A DNA stretch of 64,000 bases, from the NCBI GenBank assembly GCA_963767885.1, contig CAVYFW010000006.1, positions 156,172 through 220,171 of the forward strand, in the 5' to 3' direction. Positions 36,590 to 46,278 of this stretch are shown here, in pieces. The first letter of the stretch is position 1. Each line of letters starts with the position of its first letter. Source of the DNA: an uncultured Actinomycetota bacterium. Lineage in GTDB: Bacteria > Actinomycetota > Thermoleophilia > Gaiellales > F1-60-MAGs149. A program made the translations under genes and the position numbers. The notes under the pieces were generated by a model. It was not told the DNA's origin, did not search any database, and worked only from the letters and a program-made list of their open reading frames with translations.

Positions 36590-38263
36590 GCGTCGAGCCC
36601 CGCGAGGTCGAGGCCGGTCGCGCGCGCGTGCTCCAGCGCCTCGTCGTAGCCCGCGTGCGCGTGGCGCATGACGCCCGTGCCGGGGTCGTTGGTCAGCACG
36701 CGCTCCAGCCGGAGCGCGCCGTCGTCGGTGCCGTCGGCGACGACCTGCGCGCCGGCGTGGATCGAGCGGCCGATGCCGACGCCGCCGCCGTGGTGGACGG
36801 CGACCCACGCCGCGCCGCGACGCGACGTTGAGCATCGCGTTGAGGATCGGCCAGTCCGCGATGGCGTCGGAGCCGTCGCGCATCGACTCGGTCTCGCGGT
36901 ACGGCGAGGCGACGGAGCCGGAGTCCAGGTGGTCGCGCCCGATCACGATCGGCGCCGTGACCTCGCCGCTGCGCACGAGCTCGTTGAAGCGCAGCCCGGC
37001 GCGGTGGCGGTCGCCGTAGCCGATCCAGCAGATGCGCGCCGGCAGCCCCTGGAAGGCGATGCGCTCGCCGGCCTGGTCGAGCCAGCGCTGCAGCCGCGCG
37101 TTCTCGGGGAACAGCTCGCGCATGGCGGCGTCGGTGGCGGCGATGTCGTCGGGCTCGCCGGACGAGCGCCACCCAGCGGAACGGGCCGACGCCGCGGCAG
37201 AACAGCGGCCGCACGTAGGCCGGCACGAAGCCGGGGTAGTCGAAGGCGCGCTCGAAGCCGCCGGTGCGGGCCTCGGTGCGCAGGTTGTTGCCGTAGTCGA
37301 AGACGACCGCGCCGGCGTCCTGGAACGTCGACCATCGCGGCGCAGTGGCGCGCCATCGAGGCGCGGGCCGCGCTCGACGTAGCGCCTCGGGGTCGCGCGT
37401 CGCGCAGCTCGGCGGCGTCCTCCAGCGACGAGGCCGGTCGGGACGTAGCCGCCGAGCGGGTCGTGCGCCGACGTCTGGTCGGTCACGACGTCGGGCACCA
37501 CGCCGCGGGCGCGCGACGGCCTCGAAGACCTCGCGTGGCGTCGCCGACGACGCCGATCGAGCGGCCGTCGCCCTGCGCCCGCGCCTCCTCGACCTCGCGC
37601 AGGGCGGAGTCGAGGTCGGGCGCCACGAGGTCGAGGTAGCGCGTCTCGTAGCGGCGGCGCAGGCGCTCGTGGTCGACGTCGGCGATCAGGCAGACGCCGC
37701 CCAGCATCGCCACGGCGAGCGGCTGCGCGCCGCCCATGCCGCCGCAGCCGGCGGTCAGCACCAGCCGCCCCTGCAGGCTGCCGCCGAAGCGCTGCTCGGC
37801 GACGGCGGCGAACGTCTCGTACGTGCCCTGCACGATGCCCTGGGTGCCGATGTAGATCCACGACCCGGCGGTCATCTGGCCGTACATCGTCAGCCCGGCC
37901 GCCTCGAGCTCCCGGAACGTCGCCCAGTCGGCCCAGTCCGGCACGAGCAGCGAGTTCGCGAGCAGCACGCGCGGCGCCATCGCGTGGGTGCGGAAGACGC
38001 CGACGGGCCGGCCGCTCTGCACCAGCAGCGTCTCGTCGTCGCCGAGCCGCCGCAGCGCCGCCACGATCGCGTGGTAGTCCGGCCAGGAGCGCGCGGCGCG
38101 GCCGGTGCCGCCGTAGACCACGAGGTTGGCCGGGTCCTCGGCGACGTCCGGGTCGAGGTTGTTCTGCAGGCAGCGCAGGGCCGCCTCCTGCAGCCAGCCC
38201 TGGCACGACAGCTCGGCGCCGCGCGCGGCGCGGACGGTCGACGGGGCCGGTGGCGTCGGTCAT
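36586..38263 (-). pseudogene. hutU: urocanate hydratase; about 6-7 frame breaks as given
   Basis: ATG at 38263 is preceded by GGAGGA. The pieces lie in alternating frames. They are MTDATGP / [60 protein letters not shown]...[10 protein letters not shown] / [23 protein letters not shown] / [11 protein letters not shown] / [22 protein letters not shown] / [14 protein letters not shown]...[21 protein letters not shown]...WPILNAMLN / [43 protein letters not shown]...LDA*. Confidence 0.85.
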
Positions 38264-38286
38264 GCGTCCTCCAGGGATCGGACCGG

Positions 38287-39294
38287 TCAGGTCGGCGGGC
38301 GCTGCCGTCGAGGCGCGGGCGCGCAGGGCGGGCGGCATGGTGGCGAGCCGGTACTGCGGGCGCCCGTCGAGCGCGTCGAGCAGGAAGCCGGTCGCCACGC
38401 GCGCGAGCACGTCGACGCCCCAGTCGACGCTGGTCAGCGGGGGGTGCACGACGCGCGACATGGGGTGGTCGTCGAAGCCGCACACCGACACGTCGGCGGG
38501 GATCTCCAGGCCGAGCTCGGCGCACGCGTGGTAGACGGCGTAGGCGATGGAGTCGGCCTGGCAGAAGACCGCCGTCGGCCGGTGGCTGCGGGCGAGCAGG
38601 CGCATGGCACGGGGCGCGGGCGGCGTCGAGCGAGGCCGGCACCGAGAGCACGGTGCAGTCCAGGTCGAGCGTCTCGGCCCAGTGGCGGACGAGCGTCTCG
38701 GTCGGCCGGTGGTCGGTGGCCTCGATGGACGGCGTCAGCACCGCGATGCGGCGGTGGCCGAGGCCGTGCAGGTGCCGCATCACGGCCTCGACGCCGCGCG
38801 GGTTGTCGAAGACGACCTCGCCGGCGGTCGCGGCGCCGCGCAGCGCGTCGCCGATGGCCACCACCGGCAGCGCGTTCGGCGATCTCGGCCCAGCCCTCGC
38901 TGGTCGGGCCGATCGGCGCCACGAGCAGGCCGTCGACGCGCTGCGAGACGAGGCGGCGGGCGAGGTCGAGCTCCCGCTCCGCGGAGCCGTCGGCGTCCGC
39001 CACCAGCGCGTGCAGGTCGCGGCCGCGGAGCTCGCCCTGCAGCGCGTGCACCAGGCCCTGGTGCCAGAAGTCCGCGAGGCTGCCGACGAGCACCCCGACC
39101 ATCCCGGTCGAGCCGCCGCGCAGCGCCCGGGCGATGGGGTCGGCCGCGTACCCGAGCTCGGCCGCCGCACGGCGCACGCGCGCCTGCGTCTCGGCGGACG
39201 TCTGGATCCCGCGCAGCGCGTAGCTGACGGCCGCGGGCGAGAGGCCGGTGTGCTCCGCGAGCTCGCGGATCGTTGCGCGCTTGCGAGCCGGCAC
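38287..39294 (-). pseudogene. LacI-family transcriptional regulator; about 3 frame breaks as given
   Basis: ATG at 39294. It has an HTH (KRATIRELAEHTGLSPAAVSYALRG) and a periplasmic-binding-fold core in three frames (GMVGVLVGSLADFW... / LPVVAIGDALRG...RRIAVLTPS... / [40 protein letters not shown]...). In the last frame it reads straight into hutU. A TGA at 38289-38287 lies in the starting frame and gives a typical 335-aa length. Confidence 0.75.
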
Positions 39295-39344
39295 GGCCGA
39301 GACTCTAGACCCGCGGTTGACAACGCGACGAAAACGGGGGTGTA

Positions 39345-39384
39345 CTTAAACGGTTCAGTTAATCGGTTCACTGGAACGGTTCAG
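39345..39384. promoter_or_regulatory. three abutting LacI/GalR-type operator-like 14-mers (13-bp phasing)
   Basis: The sites are CTTAAACGGTTCAG (39345-58), GTTAATCGGTTCAC (39358-71) and CTGGAACGGTTCAG (39371-84). Each is a pseudo-palindrome around a central CG (5/7 half-site matches), and all share CGGTTCA. A fourth similar CGGTTGA lies at 39314-39320 and overlaps a TTGACA at 39317-39322. They lie between the LacI gene start and the amidohydrolase gene. Confidence 0.5.
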
Positions 39385-39385
39385 C

Positions 39386-40318
39386 ATCGTAGCCGTCGAC
39401 GTTCACCAGCACATCTGGCCGGAGCCGTACATCGCTGCCCTCGCGGCGCGCACCGCCTCCCCGCGGCTCCGGATCGACGGCGACGCGTGGACGCTCGACC
39501 TGCCGGGCGAGCCGTCAGGCCCGATCCGCCCCGGCGACCACGACGTCGAGGCCCGGCTCGCGCTCATGGACCGCGACGGCATCGACCTCGCGATCGTCGC
39601 GCCGAGCTGCTCCATCGGCATCGAGTGCCTGCCGCCGGGCGAGGCCTCCGCGGTCGCCAACGCGTACAACGAGGGCGCGCTGGAGCTCGGCGGCCGCCTG
39701 CCGGCCTGGGCCTGCGCGCCGCTCGTCGAGCCCGATCCCGCCGCCCTCGACGCGGTGCTGGTCCGCGGCCTCGTCGGTCTCGCGCTGCCGGCCGCGGCGC
39801 TGGCCGAGCGCGAGGGGTGGGAGCGCTGCGCGCCGCTGCTCGAGGTCCTGCAGTGGCGCGCGGCCGCCCCCTCTTCGTGCACCCCGGCCCCGCCCCGTGG
39901 CGCCCGTCCCGCGCCGGCCGCGGGCGACGAGCCGCTGTGGTGGCCCGCCCTCACGGCCTACGTCGCCGACATGGCCGCGTCGTGGTTCGGCTACCTGGCC
40001 TGGGGCCGCGACCTGTTCCCCGACCTCGGCGTCTGCTTCGCCATGCTCGCGGGCCTCGCGCCGGTGCACGACGAGCGCTTCCTGCAGCGCGCCGGCCACC
40101 AGGTGCCGCGGCTGCCGCAGCACGTGTACCTCGAGACGTCGTCCTACGGCGCGCGCGGCGTGGACGCCGTGATCCGCGTGCTCGGGGTCGACCACCTGCT
40201 CAACGGCTCGGACCGGCCGTACGCCGAGCCCGCCGACCTGCGCCTGGGCGCTGCCGTCGACACCGCCCTGCGCCAGACCAACCCCGCCCGCCTGCTCGAC
40301 ACGGAGGTGCCCGCGTGA
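39386..40318 (+). pseudogene. amidohydrolase_2 (ACMSD-like) family hydrolase; no canonical start found and 2 frame breaks as given
   Basis: The frame is open from 39350 and reads SIVAVDVHQHIWPEPYIAALAART... No ATG, GTG or TTG lies between the upstream TAA (39347-49) and VDVHQH; only ATC 39386 and CTG 39371 are available. The segment PLFVHPGPAPW is in another frame (shifts near 39858 and 39905). The C-terminal part reads ...HLLNGSDRPYAEP...*. Confidence 0.65.
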
Positions 40319-40807
40319 TCCCCCCGCTACCCGGCCGCGATCTGACGCCGGAGGAGCTCGAGCTCCTCGTGCACGACCTGGCCGCGCCGCCGGGAGGAGT
40401 GGCAGGAGGTCGTGCGCTACGACGCCGACAAGCGCTGGTACGAGTGCCTGCATCGCGACGCCAACGTCGACGTCTGGCTCATCTCCTGGATCGAGGAGCA
40501 GGACACGGGCTGGCACGACCACGACGTCTCGTCCGGGGCGGTGGCCGTGGTCGACGGCGCGCTGGTGGAGGAGCGGCTCGTGCTCGGCGGTCCGCCGCAC
40601 CGGCGCGAGCTCCCGGCCGGCGAGGGCACGCGCTTCGACCCGTCGCACGTGCACCGGCTGCGGCTAGCGGACGGCAGCATGCAGGCGATCTCGGTGCACG
40701 CCTACTCGCCGCCGCTGTGGCGCCTCGGCGTCTACCGCGTGGACGAGGAGGGCGTGCTGCGCCGGGAGTCGGTGTCGTACGCGGAGGAGCTCCGGCCGGT
40801 CGCGTAG
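40315..40807 (+). pseudogene. cysteine-dioxygenase-type-I-like cupin; one frame break as given
   Basis: GTG 40315 overlaps the upstream stop (GTGA): VIPPLPGRDLTPEELELLVHDLAA. After a shift near 40388 it reads REEWQEVVRYDADKRWYECLHRDANVDVWLISWIEEQDTGWHDHDVSSGAVAVVDGAL...HVHRL...AISVHAYSPPL. Confidence 0.65.
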
Positions 40808-40823
40808 GCGCCTGGCGTTGATC

Positions 40824-40853
40824 CGTGGGCGGATCGGCGGTGGGCGGATCGGC
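40824..40853. repeat. tandem duplication of the 15-mer GTGGGCGGATCGGCG
   Basis: Two exact adjacent copies, read directly, at the start of a 490-bp ORF-poor gap. Confidence 0.7.
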
Positions 40854-41301
40854 GGTGCTCCGCTGCCGACTGGACGTGGGCGGCGGGTCCTACGGAGGGG
40901 TGGCAGCGGTCGCTCGCGACCGCGTCTGCGGCTGACGGCAGGGTCCACGGCGCTCGCTCCGGGTGGCCCATCGCGCTTCGCTCGTTCCTCGCTGCGCTCA
41001 ACGGCTACCCCTCCTCCGGACATGGGGACCCGCCTCCGGCAGCACGGTACTGCTGTGCTGCTCCGGCTCTCGCTCGCCACCAGCAGTCGCTTCGCTCCTG
41101 GCGACAAGCCCCTCCGCTCCTTCGTCGCTGCGGGGCAGGGCTCGCTCACGATTTCATGACTGGATCCGCTAGACCTCAAGGATCGACGGCGTTCTTGAAC
41201 GCCGATCCGCTCGGGGCTGTTGGCGCGACGAGCCGGTAGCCGGAACGGCGGGCGACTGCCTCGCCGGGGCCGGCGACGTCCTCTGCCCCACCCATCCGGC
41301 T

Positions 41302-41796
41302 TTACAGAGCCGGACGCCACCCCGACACCTCGATCGCCGGCAGCGCGAACGCGCCGCCCGCTGCCTGCAGGCGCTCGCGGAGGGCGGCCGGGCGGAAGTC
41401 CTCCGGGATCGCGCTCGCAGGGCACCAGCGCAGGCCGACGAGGGAGCGGTCGCCGAGCTGCGGGTCGAGGGTCGCCTCGCCCGCCACCAGCCGCGCGCGG
41501 AAGACCACCTCGAGGATGCCGTCGTCGTCGCGCTCGCCCGGGCCGTCGGCGATCCAGATCAGGCCGGCGAGCTCGACCTCGACGCCCGCCTCCTCGTCCA
41601 TCTCGCGCAGCGCCGCGTCGACGATCGGCTCGCCCGGCTCGACGCCGCCGCCCGGCAGGCACCAGAAGCCCTCGTCGTCGCGCTCGTGCCGCGCGAGCAG
41701 CAGGCGCCCGTCGTGCTCCAGGGCGACGCGGGCCTTCAGCCGAGGACGCCGGCGGGGCACGGACGGGATGGTAGGCCGTGCGGCGTCCGGCGCCAA
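41302..41796 (-). CDS. NUDIX hydrolase
   Basis: The Nudix box GGGVEPGEPIVDAALREMDEEAGV is present. The stop codon lies inside the hairpin CCGGCT-TTACAG-AGCCGG (41297-41314). Confidence 0.85.
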   Translation of the reverse strand: MAPDAARPTIPSVPRRRPRLKARVALEHDGRLLLARHERDDEGFWCLPGGGVEPGEPIVDAALREMDEEAGVEVELAGLIWIADGPGERDDDGILEVVFRARLVAGEATLDPQLGDRSLVGLRWCPASAIPEDFRPAALRERLQAAGGAFALPAIEVSGWRPAL

Positions 41797-42063
41797 AACG
41801 GGCCGCGCCCGGCCGGAGCCGGGCGCGGTGGGAAGGAGGGATGGATGGGGAGAGGAGTTCTCGGTGCGCCCTAGCGGCCGGTGCGGCGGATGCGCACGTC
41901 GCGCTCCGCGTTGATGCGGAGGCGGTCGGCGAGCAGGAGGGCGAGGGGGGCGTACAGCATGATGGGGTTCCAGTCGGGCGGGATTCTCGTGAACGGGAAT
42001 CGCCTGGGCAAACGTTCAACTACCGTGGCGTATTCCCGCAGATCGTTCTAGTCGGGCGGAGTA

Positions 42064-42632
42064 TGGCAGAAGATACTTCGGGCGTGCGCCTGCCGGCGCG
42101 CCGACGGCGAGCGGGCGGGATACTTCGCGGCCACGTGAAGGCATCGATCCATCCCAAGGACTGGGAGCTGCTGGCGATCCTGCAGTCCGAGGGGAAGGCG
42201 ACCTACGCCGACCTCGCACGCCGGGTCAACCTGTCGCAGACGGCCGTCCACGAGCGCGTCAAGAAGCTCGAGGCGCGCGGGCTGATCCACGGCTACTGCG
42301 CGATGGTCGATCCCGCCGCGCTCGGCCTGCCGGTCACCGCGTTCGTCTTCGTCGAGCAGCAGCCCGGCCCGAGGGGCAACGCCCTGCCGGAGCGCTTCGC
42401 CGAGCTGCCCGAGGTCGTCGCCTGCCACAGCATCGCGGGCGACGAGACGTTCCTGCTCAAGGTGCGCGTCGCCGACAACACCGAGCTCGAGCGCGTCATC
42501 TCGGAGATCCGCGCCCTCGACGGCGTCGGCCGCACGCGCTGCGTCGTCGGCCTCACCACCTGGTTCGAGGCGCGCCCCGTGCCGCCGCCGGCGCCCCCCG
42601 GCAGCTCGGACGAGCCGCCCCAGACCGTCTAG
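42064..42632 (+). CDS. Lrp/AsnC-family transcriptional regulator
   Basis: KDWELLAILQSEGKATYADLARRVNLSQTAVHERVKKLEARGLIHGY plus a RAM/ACT-like C-terminal domain. The start is uncertain: ATG 42064, or GTG 42136, which gives a more typical N-terminus. The direct repeat GATACTTCG (about 42074 and about 42119) lies between the two candidates. Confidence 0.8.
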
Positions 42633-42748
42633 AGCTGAGACCTCCTCGCGAGCTCGGTTGGCGCTCACGCGCAGTTCGTCTTGATTTCGCGGGCAACCTC
42701 TGAGACGGTCGTGCGGACGGAGAGACGGAGCTCGGGGGAGTTGCGCCG

Positions 42749-45700
42749 ATGGTCGGCACGCGGCCGCGAAGGGATGTCCGACGCGCGGCCGCTGGAGTCC
42801 TCGGCCTCGCGGCGCTGATCGCCGGGCCGGTCGCGGGGAACGCCGCGACGACCGAGCCGACGCCGGCCGGCGTGCTCCGCGCCGCGTCCGTGCTCGCGCG
42901 CGACCTCGGCCGCCAGGGCGTCGTCGACGTCGACCACGCCAGCGGCAGGCCGCGCGTCATCGCCCGCCTGGACGGGTACCTGACGGGGCCGAGCGCCGCG
43001 TCCGAGGAGGACGTGGTGCGCGACTACTTGCGCGACCATCCGCAGCTCTTCGGGCTCGACGCCGACGATCTCGCCGGCCTGCGGCTCGCGCGGTCGTACG
43101 TCTCGCGCGGCCGCGTGCGGCGCCTGGTCTTCGAGCAGCGGGTGGGCGGGGTGCCGGTGCTCGACGGGGAGCTGGTCGCCAACGTCATGACCGACGGCCG
43201 TCTCGTCAACGTCCTCGGCGCCCCGCTGCCGGACGTGCCGCTGCCGCCGTCGCCGTCGCTGCTGCGGAGCGCAGCGCGGGCGCGCGCCGCCGACGCGGTC
43301 GTCGGTTCGCCGGCTGCGGCGGCGTACCCGAGCGGGCAGGGCACGGAGCTCGTGCTGCTGGACGGCCGCCTGGCCTGGCGCTCACTCGTGGAGGGGCCCG
43401 GACGCGACCTCACGGAGGTCGTCCTGGACGACGCGAGCGGCGCGGTCGTCAGCTCGCGTTCGTTCCGGCGCGATGCCGCCGCACTGGTCTTCGACTACTA
43501 CCCGGGAGCGCCGCTGGGCGGGACGCAGCGCGCGGTCGACATCGCGCCCTACGTCACGACGCCGGGTGGCCCCCGTCTGCAGGGGCCCTACGCGATCGTG
43601 TCGGCCGACGAGGACGACGACGACGTGATCGACGCCGGCGAGGACATCCCACCGAGCGCCGGCAGCGACTACTCCTATCCGTACACGCCGTTCCCGACCG
43701 TGGCCGGCGTGGTCTGCCCGCCCGCGCCGACGGCCTGCTCGTGGGACCGGAACCAGCCGTTCAGCTGGCGGACCAACCGCAACCAGGCCGCCGTGCAGGC
43801 GTTCTACCACGTGAACGTGTTCCGCGACCACGTGCGCAACGCGTCCATCGAGTTCACGCCGGCAAAGGGCGGCTTCGAGGGCGCCTCGCGGTACTGGGTG
43901 GACGTCGCGGACGGCGCGGCGATCGACAACGGCCTCCCGGACTTCGAGCACCGCAACAACGCGTACAACTACACGCCGCCAACGGGCGCGGGGGCCCTCA
44001 CCTTTCTGCTGTTCACCGAGGACTCGACCAACACGGCGGATGACGCCTTCACGGTCTACCACGAGTACGCGCATGGGCTGTCCTCGCGGCTCGTGTCGGC
44101 GGGGCGCGGCCTCCTCGGCCTGCAGGCCGACGCGATGGGGGAGGCCTGGAGCGACTGGTACGCCGCCGACTTCCTGTCCCTGCTCGGACACGCGCCCGAC
44201 GGCCCCGCATCGGGCGAGATCGTCACCGGCCGGCTGGACCGCTCGCAGCCGTTGGACTGCCCCGTCGGGTCGGCGGGCCCCGCCTGTCCCGGATCGCCCG
44301 GCGCCGGCCCCGGCGGCTACACGTACGGCGACCTCGGGCGGGTCATCGAGCAGCCCGAGACGCACGCCGACGGCGAGATCTGGGCCGAGACCCTGTGGGA
44401 CCTGCGCAGTCGCCTGATCGTCCGCCACGGGACGGCGCTCGGCATCGCGTGGGCGGAGCTCCTGGTGACCGCAGGCATGGAACTGTCCCCGGGCGAGCCC
44501 TCGTTCCTCGACATGCGCAACGCCATCCTGGAGGCCGACCTCGTCTACGGCGCCGGCTCCCACTACGACCTCCTGTGGGAGGTCTTCGCGGCGCGCGGCA
44601 TGGGCTGGCTCGCGGCCGCGGTGGACTCGCGCGACGTGCATCCCGTCGAGAGCTTCGCGACCGTGCCGCCCGCCGGTGGCCCGATCGGGAACCTCGCCGG
44701 CCGCGTGCTCGACGACGCCGGGGCCCCGGTGCCGGGCGCCCGCGTGACCGTGGCCGGTCTACGCGGCTACGCCGACGCCGTGGCGGACGCGGAGGGACGC
44801 TGGTCGATCACCGGCATGGACGTCGGCGTCTACCCGCGCGTCTTCGCCCGCGCCGGCGGCGGGCTCGACGACGGCGTCGCCGCGGACGTGCCGGTCACCG
44901 CGGGGGCCACGACGAACCGCGACATCGTGATGCGTCGCGACTGGGCGGCGTATGCGGGCGGCGCGCGCGTCACGCAGGGGACCGGCCCGTACACGGACAC
45001 GAGCGGGTGCGGCCCGAGCAACCTCCTCGACCAGGATGCCGGTTCCGCCTGGCGCACGGACTCGCCGGCCAAGGTGCCCGGGGAGAAGACGGTGACGATC
45101 CGGCTGGCCGAGGCGGTCGACGTCACGCGCATCGAGATCGATCCGACGCAGGGGTGCGGCGTCGGCACCACGGCGATGCTGGGCACGTGGCGTCTCGAGG
45201 TCTCGCGCGACGGGACGACGTTCACGCCGGTCGGAGAGGGCACCTTCGGGCTGGCCGACGCCTTCCGCCGCAACGCGATCCCCATCGCCGGCCCAGCCGC
45301 GTTCGCGGTGCGCCACGTTCGTCTGGTCGCCGTCTCCTCCCGTGACTCGTCGAACCCGGAGTTCACGGGCGCGCGGTCCCTGGCCGTCACGGACCTCGGG
45401 GTCTACGGCACGCGCGCCGACGTCGAAGCACCGGACACGTCGATCGCCGGCGGCCCGGCCGACGGGGCGGTGCTCGCCTCGCGCGACGCCACCTTCGCGG
45501 TCACGGCCTCCGAGTCCGGAGCGCGGCTCGAGTGCCGGCTCGACGGCGGCGCCTGGGCCGCGTGCCCCGGCTCGGCCGCGTACGCCGGGCTCGCCGAGGG
45601 GCGGCACGTGTTCGAGGCGCGGGCGGCGGACGCTGCCGGCAACGTCGATACGAGTCCGGCCGGCCGCTCGTGGACCGTCGACGCGACGGCGCCCGAGACC

Positions 45701-46269
45701 GCTTTCCTGGGCGGCCCGCCGGAGGGTGGGCGCGTCCGCGTGCGCACGGCGCGCCTGATCTTCGCCTCGGAGCCCGGCGCGACGTTCCAGTGCCGCGTCG
45801 ACGGCGGCGCGTGGCGCGCGTGCACGACGCCGCTGGCGCTCGACTCGCTCGCGCTCGGCCCGCACGTCGTCGCGGTGCGGGCGCTCGACGCGGCCGGCAA
45901 CGTCGATGCGACGCCGGCCGAGCGAGCGTGGCGCGTGGCGCCTACGACCGCGAGCTACACGCTGACACTCCCCCGGCTGCGCGCCGTTGCGGCGCTGCGG
46001 GTGCGGTACACCTGCCCGAACGCCTGCCGGCTCGTCTGGACGCTGACGATGCGGGCGCCCGAGGCGGGCGGCTGCGCCTCGGCTCGGGAGCGCTCGTCCT
46101 GGCCCGGGTGACGACACGACGTGCGACGGCGGGCTCCGGCGTGGCCGTGCTGCCGCTCGGCCGGCGAGTGGCCGGCGTCCTGCGGCAGGCGCGCACGGCG
46201 GCGCTGGTGCTATCAGTGACGGGCGTCGAGGCCCCGCCGAAGCCGCGCACGCTCGTGCTACGGCGCTGA
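42749..46269 (+). pseudogene. secreted M36 (fungalysin-like) metalloprotease with discoidin-like and tandem Ig-like C-terminal domains; one frame break near the 3' end as given
   Basis: It has a signal peptide (RRAAAGVLGLAALIAGPVAGNA), an FTP-like propeptide, and the zinc motif VYHEYAHGLSSRL followed by EAWSDWY. Next come a carboxypeptidase-regulatory-like segment, an F5/8-type-C-like segment (WRTDSPAKVPGEKTVTIRL...WRLEVSRDGTTF) and two ~85-aa repeats (...ECRLDGGAWAACPG...; ...FQCRVDGGAWRACTT...). The plausible tail RLRLGSGALVLARVTTRRATAGSGVAVLPL...PRTLVLRR* is in the +1 frame from about 46065. The intact listed ORF ends at 46111. Confidence 0.8.
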
Positions 46270-46278
46270 GGCCTCCGG

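Noticed and set aside
33932-38605. 1557-aa minus-strand ORF as one giant protein
   Set aside because: It begins inside the LacI gene and passes through pieces of hutU, hutF and off-frame hutI. It ends at the TGA that I interpret as the Sec codon of the selW-like gene. Only short segments are protein-like.
37345-40821. 1158-aa plus-strand ORF
   Set aside because: It is mostly antisense to hutU and LacI, then off-frame through the amidohydrolase and cupin genes. Only PLFVHPGPAPW belongs to a real gene.
41205-41260. tmRNA-like 5' end (GGGGCTG...)
   Set aside because: No tRNA-like 3' end (GGTTCGA..CCA), tag reading frame or pseudoknot pattern follows. The match is a chance GC-rich string.
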